From Rhodothermales bacterium (GTDB lineage Bacteria > Bacteroidota > Rhodothermia > Rhodothermales > VXPQ01): 64,000 nucleotides of DNA. This document shows, in pieces, positions 10,122 through 19,776 of the stretch. The translations under genes were made by a program, and so were the position numbers. Under the pieces are notes generated by a model. The model worked only from the letters and a program-made list of their open reading frames with translations, had not been told where the DNA came from and did not search any database. Every line of letters begins with the position of its first letter. The first letter of the stretch is position 1. Location: assembly GCA_965248175.1 (NCBI GenBank), contig OZ252093.1:2517762-2581761 (forward strand), given 5' to 3'.

Positions 10122-10706
10122 TCACGCCCCCTGCGCACCCGGTGCAGCAGCCGGATCAGGGGCGTTGAAATCATCTGCTTGTTGCCCCTCCCCGCATTTC
10201 TCTGCACTGTCCTTACCGACCGGGCGATCCATAAGCGAGATTATGGCGGACACAAGAAAATATCCTGCCACCCATCCAAACACGGCGCCCGTAAGCACTC
10301 TGCTCCACGGCGTGTTGATCCACCATCCGACAACATCACTTCCCCAGTCTATAGCCGGAACGATCAGGCTTGCTGCAACGAGGTATTTTGCATGACGTTC
10401 TATCCAGGCATTCCACGGTCTCAAGCTCAAGACCAGAAAAGGCGCCGCCGCCAGCGCCGCATACATACCAAAGCAACGGTCGCACACGGCAAGCTGCACC
10501 CCCTGAACGTGGGGCGAACGAACCGGAATCTGATGACACACCTCCGAAAACCCCAACATAATACCGTGTCGCAGGCCTTCGCCCACGAACGGAGGAGCCA
10601 TGACCATGCCGAAAACCATCCATACGAACCCAGCGGCCAGTATCCAGCCTGCCCATCTCCGATCTTTCCGGTTCATTCGTTGTAAGGCGGGTCCCGCATT
10701 GCCCAT
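10122..10706 (-). CDS. DUF2085 domain-containing membrane protein
   Basis: CHQIPVRS...CDRCFGMY motif pair typical of DUF2085. Multi-pass. Confidence 0.65.
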   Translation of the reverse strand: MGNAGPALQRMNRKDRRWAGWILAAGFVWMVFGMVMAPPFVGEGLRHGIMLGFSEVCHQIPVRSPHVQGVQLAVCDRCFGMYAALAAAPFLVLSLRPWNAWIERHAKYLVAASLIVPAIDWGSDVVGWWINTPWSRVLTGAVFGWVAGYFLVSAIISLMDRPVGKDSAEKCGEGQQADDFNAPDPAAAPGAQGA

Positions 10707-10771
10707 ACGCTGACAAGACGATTTTCACGTATTTAATTAACGTGAGTTTCATTCCTATAAGGCTTGCATGC

Positions 10772-10800
10772 CTTGACTACCCTTTTCGATCACCCTACTT
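10772..10800 (+). promoter_or_regulatory. candidate sigma-32-type heat-shock promoter for groES-groEL
   Basis: CTTGAC (10772-10777), a 14-15 nt spacer, then CCCTACTT (10792-10799). This resembles CTTGAA-N13-17-CCCCATNT and lies about 50 bp upstream of groES. Confidence 0.3.
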
Positions 10801-10848
10801 TACTTAACTGTACTCTCCGACACAATACATTCCAAACGCAACATCGTT

Positions 10849-11136
10849 ATGACCAGCATTACACCGATAGGCGACCGTGTGGTAGTGCAGCCGGAGGCTG
10901 CTGAGGAGAAGACATCGAGCGGATTGTTCATTCCCGACACGGCGCAGGAGAAGCCCCAGCGGGGCACTGTCTTGTTTGTTGGTCCCGGCCAGGTCGAGAA
11001 CGGCAAGCACGTGGGGATGACCGTCAAGGCGGGCGACACCGTGCTCTACGGCAAGTATTCGGGCACGGAGATCACCCTCGACGACCAGGACGTGCTCATC
11101 ATGCGCGAGAGCGACATCCTCGGCGTCATCGGCTAA
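10849..11136 (+). CDS. groES: co-chaperonin GroES
   Basis: 95 aa, PIGDRVVV...GLFIPDTAQEKPQRGTV... canonical. Confidence 0.97.
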   Translation: MTSITPIGDRVVVQPEAAEEKTSSGLFIPDTAQEKPQRGTVLFVGPGQVENGKHVGMTVKAGDTVLYGKYSGTEITLDDQDVLIMRESDILGVIG

Positions 11137-11157
11137 GGGCGCTTTCGTTCTCTTTGA

Positions 11158-12882
<1,725 letters not shown>

Positions 12883-12922
12883 TCCATCCGGAAGCCTTTC
12901 TTACCCGGGATCAAACAAGGGA

Positions 12923-12962
12923 AAAGGCGGAACCTGCTGCATGCGGGTTCCGCCTTTCTTAT
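12923..12962 (+). terminator. rho-independent terminator after groEL
   Basis: AAAGGCGGAACC (12923-12934) pairs perfectly with GGTTCCGCCTTT (12946-12957). A T-rich CTTATTCT follows. Confidence 0.7.
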
Positions 12963-12997
12963 TCTGGAAGGCGCCGCAAACACATTCTGGGATTATA

Positions 12998-13205
12998 GTC
13001 TACCGGCACGCGCACGAGACGGTGGCCGAGGCCGAGAAGAGGATTGCCGACTACCTGCGCTACTTCAACGAGGAACGCCCGCACCAGGAACTTGACAACC
13101 GAACCCCCGACGACGTATTCTTCGAACGAAAACCGCTCGCCAAAGCGGCATGACCCGACGCGACACTACACTTAAAGCACTGTCTAACTTTTACGGACCA
13201 TTTCT
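12998..13205 (+). mobile_element. IS3-family remnant: last ~50 codons of orfB plus the right terminal repeat
   Basis: Aligns by eye (about nine-tenths identity, one indel near the end) to 24298-24516 of the intact IS3 copy. Encodes ...IADYLRYFNEERPHQELDNRTPDDVF...; both copies end ...GGACCATTTCT. Confidence 0.85.
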
Positions 13206-13736
13206 ATGCAAATAACGAAACCGTCTTCGATCAGCCAAACCATGCAGGACGCCATCAACAATCAGATTCAGGCTGAATTCGAATCTGCCTATCTGTACCT
13301 GGCCCTGGCGGCGCGCATGGAGCAACTCCACCTCAAGGGCTTTGCGCACTGGCTGCGTTTGCAGTGGCAAGAAGAAACACAGCACGCCCTCAAGTTCTAC
13401 GATTACCTCCTCCAACGCGATGGAGTCGTGCAGTTGAAAGAACTGCCGATGCCGGTGTACGCAGCAGAGACGCCCTTCGAAATCTTCAAACTCGTCCTGG
13501 AGCACGAACAGTACATCACCCGACGCATCAACGATCTCTACGTGCTCTCCGGCGAAGAACACGACTATGCCTCGCAGACGCTGCTGCAATGGTTCGTCAG
13601 CGAGCAGATGGAAGAGGAAGAAGCCGCCCGCGACATCATTGACGACCTGCGCCTCGTCGGCGATTCCGGCGCCAGCCTTTTCTTGCTCGACCGCGAACTC
13701 GGCCAACGCCAGCCCGAAGAGGAAGCAGGACAGTAA
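13206..13736 (+). CDS. ftn: ferritin (non-heme, bacterial Ftn type)
   Basis: QIQAEFESAYLYLALAARM...EETQHALKFYDYL...LEHEQYIT ferroxidase-centre pattern. Alternative start at 13242. Confidence 0.9.
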   Translation: MQITKPSSISQTMQDAINNQIQAEFESAYLYLALAARMEQLHLKGFAHWLRLQWQEETQHALKFYDYLLQRDGVVQLKELPMPVYAAETPFEIFKLVLEHEQYITRRINDLYVLSGEEHDYASQTLLQWFVSEQMEEEEAARDIIDDLRLVGDSGASLFLLDRELGQRQPEEEAGQ

Positions 13737-13897
13737 CACAAGTTTGATTTCACGGATTGGGTTTCAGGGTGTGAACGTGCCCGGCACTTCCATAGGGTCG
13801 GGCACATCACTGTCTATAACCGCCTCATCATTTCAAATCAGTTAGAGACAGGATGATCGAGGTGATCCCGGCGGCCACAGCCCGCCAACTGTACTGC

Positions 13898-15307
13898 TCA
13901 ATGGCCGGGATCAGGGCCATCGTTTGCCACAGCTTGAATCTCGGTGATGAACCGGGCAGCCAGCGCTGAGGCACGTTCCTGCGAGGGCGCCTCGGCATAA
14001 ATCCGGACAATGGGCTCCGTATTGGATTTGCGCAGGTGCACCCATGCGTCCTCGAAGTCGATTTTGAGACCATCGACGGTATTGATATCGCACTCCCGGT
14101 AGCGCTCCGCCAGGGCAGCAAGGAGTGTTCCGGGATCACGTTCGCCGACGGACGCCTTGTTCTTGCTCAACACGTACTGTGGAAGACGCGCCTTCATAGC
14201 CGAAAGCGACTCGCTACGATTCGCCATATGCTGCAGAACGAGCGCTGCGCCCGCGAGCGCATCCCTCCCGTAATGCAGATCGGGTAAAATGACGCCTCCA
14301 TTGCCCTCCCCTCCCAGCACCGCACCTGCCTCCTGCATCTTCTTCACAACATGAATCTCTCCCACCGGCGAGCGAAACACCTGCTGACCGAATGAGGCAG
14401 CCACATCGTCGATAGCGCGCGAGGAAGAAAGGTTGGTAACAAACGAACCCTCCCGGATCTGCCACATGAACTCAGCAGCAATCACCTGTGTCAGTTCCTC
14501 GCCCATGTACGTGCCGCCATCGGCCACCAGGGCCAGACGGTCCGCATCGGGATCTACTGCAAACCCTGCATCCGCATCCATTGCCGCCACGGTTTCCGTC
14601 AATTCGGAAAGGTGCTCAGGAAGCGGCTCGGCAGGATGCGCAAAACGGCCCGTAGGTTCGCAGTGCAGGCAGTGAATACGCTCCTCCCGGACCCCCAACC
14701 GCTTTAGGAGGGCCGGCAGGGCAATACCGCCAACAGAATTGACGGCATCGACCACAACGGAAAAATCCTTGCGGGCAATGGCCTCGACGTCTATGTATTC
14801 GAGGGCAAGAATGCGGTCGATATGGTACGCAAGGAAGTCTTCCTGCCTGTATCCGCCCAGGCAATCCCATGGAGCTACGTCCGCTTTCCCGCTTTCGGCA
14901 AGGCGTAGCACTTCCCTCCCCTCCTCCAGACTGAGGAATTCGCCCTTTTCATTCAATAGCTTCAGCGCATTCCATTCGGGGGGGTTGTGCGAGGCCGACA
15001 GGACAATCCCCCCTGAAGCGCCCAGCGCGGTCACAGCCATTTCGACCGTGGGCGTGGCGGCAAGTCCGGTATCGACCACATCAATGCCCGCGCTTCGCAG
15101 CGTGGCGATTACGATGGAAGCACATACCTCCCCGGTGACGCGGGCGTCGCGTCCAACCACCACCACCGGATCCCGCCCGGTAGCGGTAGCTCGCCGCAGG
15201 CACCATGAGCCATAGGCGCCGGCATAGCGGACAAGTACTTCGGGGTCCAGTCCGTTGCCGAAAATGCCGCGAATTCCTGAAACGGAGGCGATAAGTGTCG
15301 TCGACAT
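13898..15307 (-). CDS. glmM: phosphoglucosamine mutase (alpha-D-phosphohexomutase family)
   Basis: N-terminus MSTTLIASVSGIRGIFG. Active-site loop SASHNPPEWNALKLL is typical of Bacteroidetes-type GlmM. Start at the internal ATG, 15307. Confidence 0.75.
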   Translation of the reverse strand: MSTTLIASVSGIRGIFGNGLDPEVLVRYAGAYGSWCLRRATATGRDPVVVVGRDARVTGEVCASIVIATLRSAGIDVVDTGLAATPTVEMAVTALGASGGIVLSASHNPPEWNALKLLNEKGEFLSLEEGREVLRLAESGKADVAPWDCLGGYRQEDFLAYHIDRILALEYIDVEAIARKDFSVVVDAVNSVGGIALPALLKRLGVREERIHCLHCEPTGRFAHPAEPLPEHLSELTETVAAMDADAGFAVDPDADRLALVADGGTYMGEELTQVIAAEFMWQIREGSFVTNLSSSRAIDDVAASFGQQVFRSPVGEIHVVKKMQEAGAVLGGEGNGGVILPDLHYGRDALAGAALVLQHMANRSESLSAMKARLPQYVLSKNKASVGERDPGTLLAALAERYRECDINTVDGLKIDFEDAWVHLRKSNTEPIVRIYAEAPSQERASALAARFITEIQAVANDGPDPGH

Positions 15308-15417
15308 ACGTAAAATGTAAAGTTTGACGAGGAATAGAACGGCGCTAAGCAACACACGCCGCATCGTGGTCGTTTCGACCGCCTCCGCAAGCCCTTCTTT
15401 CCGGCGACTTCTTTTGC

Positions 15418-16383
15418 ATGATGAACCTTCCGCACATGCCTGTGGATCCGCCCCGTGCCGAAATGCGGTGGCGGCATCGATTCACCGTCCTGACTGGCGT
15501 CGCCACAGTCCTGCTCATGGCGTGGGGCGCCTTCGTGACCAGTATCAATGCGGGTCTTGCCGTACCGGACTGGCCTTCGTCGTTCAATTCGTACGATCCC
15601 TTCAACCCCTGGCCGGAATGGTGGAAACTCACTCCGGTGTTGGCCGAGCATGGCCATCGTCTCCTCGGCATGTTGACGGGAATGCTGACCCTGATCCTCG
15701 CCGTATGGACCTGGATCGCCGAGCCGCGCGGATGGCTGAAAAAACTTGCCGCCGCCGCGATTGTACTCGTTTCCTTGCAAGGCCTGCTCGGCGGGCTGCG
15801 GGTCGTGTGGCTTTCCCTGGATATTGCCGTGGTTCATGCCTGCATGGCGCAACTGTTCCTCGGCCTTATCGTTGCGATGGCCCTGTTCACGTCGAACGCC
15901 TGGCTGGAGAAGAACACAAAAATTCCCGACTCCGGAAACGTGTCCGGCCTGTGGCGGGCATCGCTTGTAACCCTCGGCTTCCTGTACATCCAGATTATCC
16001 TCGGGGCCTTGCTCCGTCACCCGGGCACAGGCATCAATCCGATCCTTGCAGGCCTCCACATTTTCTGGGCTGCCTGTGTTACCATAGCGATCGCTTATTT
16101 TTTCAGGGGCGTTCTCAAAGGTTTTCGGGCCACGCGCGTGCTCTATCCCGCCGTGCGCCTTCTCGTTATTCTTGTGGCTGTCCAGCTACTTCTGGGCGTT
16201 ACGGCCTATATCGTTACCCTGGACGACGTCGGCATGTTGGAACCGAGTAATCTTCAAGTGGTGGTGAACACCTCTCATATGGTCATCGGAGCGCTCCTGA
16301 TGGCCGCCTCGGTGCTGGCCGTCCTCAGCACATTCCGACTGAAAAGGCTGCCCGAAACCAGCGCCCCCGACTACGCGAAGTAA
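15418..16383 (+). CDS. ctaA: heme A synthase (COX15/CtaA family)
   Basis: GAFVTSINAGLAVPDWPSSF motif. Eight-TM pattern with conserved His residues. Confidence 0.85.
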   Translation: MMNLPHMPVDPPRAEMRWRHRFTVLTGVATVLLMAWGAFVTSINAGLAVPDWPSSFNSYDPFNPWPEWWKLTPVLAEHGHRLLGMLTGMLTLILAVWTWIAEPRGWLKKLAAAAIVLVSLQGLLGGLRVVWLSLDIAVVHACMAQLFLGLIVAMALFTSNAWLEKNTKIPDSGNVSGLWRASLVTLGFLYIQIILGALLRHPGTGINPILAGLHIFWAACVTIAIAYFFRGVLKGFRATRVLYPAVRLLVILVAVQLLLGVTAYIVTLDDVGMLEPSNLQVVVNTSHMVIGALLMAASVLAVLSTFRLKRLPETSAPDYAK

Positions 16384-16399
16384 CGCAGAATCCGCTATA

Positions 16400-17407
16400 T
16401 TGAACTCACCGATCAACCGTCCCCGACACGTGACACTCGTGCCGCAAAGCCCTTCCGAAGACACCCCTCGCAATGCGCTTGCGCCTGGCGCAGAAACCGG
16501 CGCGGCCCATGCGGTGAATCAGGCCCGTTCGCGGTCGAACGTTCTTCGCTCCTACATCGAGCTGGCGAAACCCGAGATCACGCTGCTCGTCGCACTGTCA
16601 TCCGCAGGGGGTTTTTTCCTTGCGCCTGCAGAATTTCTTGACATGGGACGTTTTGTCCTTCTGCTCATTGGCGTTACGCTGACGAGCGCGGGCGCAGGCG
16701 CCCTGAATCACTGGATAGAACGGAATCATGACGGCGTCATGCGCCGGACGATGAACCGCCCTCTCCCCTCGGGCCGCCTCTCCCCGTCGGCAGCACTGTG
16801 CTTCGGAGGTTTCCTGGTTGCAGCGGGCGTTGGGCTGTTGTGCCCGCTCGTCAATCCACTTACCGGCGTGCTGGCGCTGGCGACGGTCTTGCTCTATCTG
16901 TTCGCGTACACCCCCCTCAAGCGCCGTTCCAGATGGAATACACTGGTGGGCACGCTTCCGGGCGCCTTGCCTGCGCTGGGCGGATGGACGGCGGCTACCG
17001 GATCGATCGGCTGGGGCGGCATTGCCGCTTTCTCCATCCTCGCTGCATGGCAAATGCCGCATTTTCTCGCCCTTGCCTGGATGTATCGTAAGGATTACGA
17101 ACGGGGCGGTTATGTCATGCTTCCCGTAGCGGATCCGTCGGGCCGTTCGACAACACGGCAAGCCCTTTTCTTCACCGTCCTTCTCTTCGTGTTGAGCCTC
17201 TGGCCTGTTGCCCTGTCTCTCGCCGGATGGGGCTATGCCATCGGCGCCGTCGTACTGGGCGCATGGTTCCTGCATGCTGCGCTCGCCTTCCACCGCAGCA
17301 GTGAAATTCAGGATGCTCGACGCCTCCTGATCGTATCGATCCGGTACATTCCGGCACTCATTCTCGTCCTCCTTATCGACCGCATCGTACTCGGCGATCT
17401 CTTCTAA
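16400..17407 (+). CDS. ctaB: protoheme IX farnesyltransferase (heme O synthase, UbiA family)
   Basis: YIELAKPEITLLV..., NHWIERNHDGVMRRTMNRPLPSGR (UbiA Asp-rich region). Directly follows ctaA. Non-ATG start, exact start uncertain. Confidence 0.85.
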   Translation: MNSPINRPRHVTLVPQSPSEDTPRNALAPGAETGAAHAVNQARSRSNVLRSYIELAKPEITLLVALSSAGGFFLAPAEFLDMGRFVLLLIGVTLTSAGAGALNHWIERNHDGVMRRTMNRPLPSGRLSPSAALCFGGFLVAAGVGLLCPLVNPLTGVLALATVLLYLFAYTPLKRRSRWNTLVGTLPGALPALGGWTAATGSIGWGGIAAFSILAAWQMPHFLALAWMYRKDYERGGYVMLPVADPSGRSTTRQALFFTVLLFVLSLWPVALSLAGWGYAIGAVVLGAWFLHAALAFHRSSEIQDARRLLIVSIRYIPALILVLLIDRIVLGDLF

Positions 17408-17451
17408 TCGTCGTGCACATCGAACCGGTTCTTTCTTCCGCAAGCGTTCCC

Positions 17452-18405
17452 ATGCCGGTTCATCCCGTCCATATCGACCGTCTCACCCATCGCTACGGAT
17501 CGCGTACGGCGCTGGATAACATCTCCCTCACCGTACCACAGGGAGCTTTCTATGGTCTCCTCGGCCCAAACGGCAGCGGTAAAACCACCCTGTTTCGCAT
17601 CCTTGCGACTCTTCTGAACCCATCGGAAGGCGCTGTGCGCATCTTCGGAGCCGACCCCCGAACGCATCCCGCCAGCGTTCGTCAACATACCGGCATCGTT
17701 TTCCAGAGCGTGGCCCTCGATGAAGAATTAACCGTGCAGGAAAATCTGCGCACCCATGCCGCCCTGTATGGTCTGCGGCGCAGCACATTACAGGAGCGCC
17801 TCGACAAGCTACTCCCGCTTTTTGGCCTGGAGGAACGGCTCCACGAACGCACGGGACGTCTTTCCGGCGGGCTGAAACGCCGCGTCGACCTGGTACGGGG
17901 TCTCCTGCATACGCCGCCGCTCCTGCTGCTCGACGAACCGGCTGTCGGGCTTGATCCGGCGGCCCGGCAAGCGTTTCGCGAAGCCATCGACCGTCTCCGG
18001 CGCCAGGAAGGCACAACCATTGTGCTGGCCACCCATGTCATGGAAGAGGCCGACCGGTGCGACCATCTCGCAATCCTGGACCGGGGCCGGATAGTAGCTT
18101 GCGGCACGCCCACTGCCCTCAAACAAGCCATCGGGGAGGAAACGCTGTGGATTGAATGCGACGATCCGCAGGACCTTGCCGAACGCATAGCAAAGCAACT
18201 CGACGTTTCGGCGCAGGTGATCGGTCTGCGCGTGCAGCTCTCCGGGCCCAATGCCCACGACCTGCTATCTCCCGTCTACGAAACAGCCGGCGACGCCATC
18301 CGGTCAGCCACCATCCGGCGCCCCACGCTTGAAGATGTCTTCATGGTGCATACAGGGCACGGCCTTCACGAAAACGGGCTGCCGCCCGAAGAAAAAACAT
18401 CATGA
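17452..18405 (+). CDS. ABC transporter ATP-binding protein (DrrA/NodI-like)
   Basis: Walker A GPNGSGKTT, signature LSGGLKRR, Walker B LLLLDEP. The track ORF starts at an upstream GTG (17413). Confidence 0.85.
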   Translation: MPVHPVHIDRLTHRYGSRTALDNISLTVPQGAFYGLLGPNGSGKTTLFRILATLLNPSEGAVRIFGADPRTHPASVRQHTGIVFQSVALDEELTVQENLRTHAALYGLRRSTLQERLDKLLPLFGLEERLHERTGRLSGGLKRRVDLVRGLLHTPPLLLLDEPAVGLDPAARQAFREAIDRLRRQEGTTIVLATHVMEEADRCDHLAILDRGRIVACGTPTALKQAIGEETLWIECDDPQDLAERIAKQLDVSAQVIGLRVQLSGPNAHDLLSPVYETAGDAIRSATIRRPTLEDVFMVHTGHGLHENGLPPEEKTS

Positions 18406-19187
18406 AAATGTATGCCGTGCCAGCGCTCTGGCGCCGGGAACTGGTCAAGTTCGTACGGGATGCGAACCGGGTTGCGGGCGCCGTACTGCAACCGCTCGCT
18501 GTATGGTTGCTCCTGGGGTTCGGTTTCCGGGACTCGTTCAGTCTGCCGACCCCTGCCGGCATGGATATGCCCTACCTGGAATTCCTGTTTCCGGGCATGA
18601 TGGCGCTCGTGGCGCTCTTCACATCCATCTTCTCGACGATCTCCATTGTAGAGGAACGGCATAGCGGATTCCTGCAGGCCGCACTGGCAACCCCGGTGCG
18701 CAGATCGTCCCTCGTGCTGGGACCGGCGCTGGGAAGCACGACACTCGCCGTAGGCCAAGGGCTGTTGTTTTTTGCCCTGATTCCCCTGACCGGCCATGTG
18801 CCGAGCCTGCTGGGCCTTGCCCTGATGGCCGGCATTCTGGCGCTTGTCGCGCTCGGTTTCACCGCACTGGGCGTCATCATCGCCTGGCGTAGCCGCACCA
18901 CACGGGGCTTCCATGCCGTGATGAACCTCTGCCTGATCCCCCTCTGGGTGTTATCGGGCGCTTTCTTTCCCGCCGAAGGCGCGCCGGGGGTCCTGCAATG
19001 GGCTATCCGGCTCAACCCGGTTTCGTACGGGGTCGACGCACTGCGAACAGCCATGTACTGGCCGCAAAACCCGCCGATCAATGCCTCGTCGTTCGCCCTT
19101 TCCCTTGCCGTAACCGGACTCTTTGTGGCAGCAATGCTTGTCCTTGCCACTCGTACCGCCGGGAAACCTATCAGGGAATTTCGGTAA
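18402..19187 (+). CDS. ABC-2 type transporter permease
   Basis: 261 aa, six TM. ATGA overlap with the ATPase gene. Confidence 0.8.
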   Translation: MKMYAVPALWRRELVKFVRDANRVAGAVLQPLAVWLLLGFGFRDSFSLPTPAGMDMPYLEFLFPGMMALVALFTSIFSTISIVEERHSGFLQAALATPVRRSSLVLGPALGSTTLAVGQGLLFFALIPLTGHVPSLLGLALMAGILALVALGFTALGVIIAWRSRTTRGFHAVMNLCLIPLWVLSGAFFPAEGAPGVLQWAIRLNPVSYGVDALRTAMYWPQNPPINASSFALSLAVTGLFVAAMLVLATRTAGKPIREFR

Positions 19188-19260
19188 AAAGAAGAAAAGA
19201 CGGCATTCGGCCTGCACTATCACTTCTGAGGCTCGCTCAGCTGCACTGCCTCCACCGGAA

Positions 19261-19623
19261 TCACTTCTTCGAGTTCGCCGAAGAATTTCCCGAAGACCCC
19301 TTGCTTGCCTCGCTGCTTGTAGCGGCTTTTTCTCCGGATGTGGAAGATTCTCCGGCGGCGGCGCCGTTTTTTTCCGAATCCTTTACGGCCGATTCCTTGC
19401 TTTCGCCGTTACCATTGGCTTCCCGCTTCTCGCTTCCGCCATTCCCCCGCACATAGTCGGTCAGGTAAAAGCCGCTTCCTTTGAAGATAAGCCCGGTGCT
19501 GCCGGTAATGATGCGTTCGACTTTCTGCCCTGTTTCCGGGCAGGTCGTCAGCGCGTCTGCAGTGATGCGCTGATCGATTTCAAATTTCGAACCGTCTTTG
19601 CGCCGGTATACGTAGGTCGGCAT
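19261..19623 (-). CDS. FmdB-family (CxxC_CxxC_SSSS) zinc-ribbon-like protein with degenerate Cys ligands
   Basis: N-terminus MPTYVYRRKDGSKFEI...LTTCPETGQKVERI aligns to the MPxYEYxCxxCG...CPxCG family pattern. Gly/Ser/Glu-rich tail. Confidence 0.65.
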   Translation of the reverse strand: MPTYVYRRKDGSKFEIDQRITADALTTCPETGQKVERIITGSTGLIFKGSGFYLTDYVRGNGGSEKREANGNGESKESAVKDSEKNGAAAGESSTSGEKAATSSEASKGSSGNSSANSKK

Positions 19624-19776
19624 ATTCGTTAGCGATCGGTCAGCAAGAAATATGATTCGCCATCATGCGGCGACAAAGTAGAAAGACGATACAGGTAAGA
19701 TGTTCCGGAGGACTTGGAAATCAGTGTATTGTATTTACCGTAACCCATTGCCCGACAACACATTATGGTGATGCGT

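Noticed and set aside
16400-17407. Whether this UbiA-family gene could be the missing eboC
   Set aside because: It directly follows heme A synthase (ctaA) and has the heme O synthase pattern. It lies 12 kb from the ebo genes on the far side of unrelated operons, so the simplest reading is a genuine ctaB.
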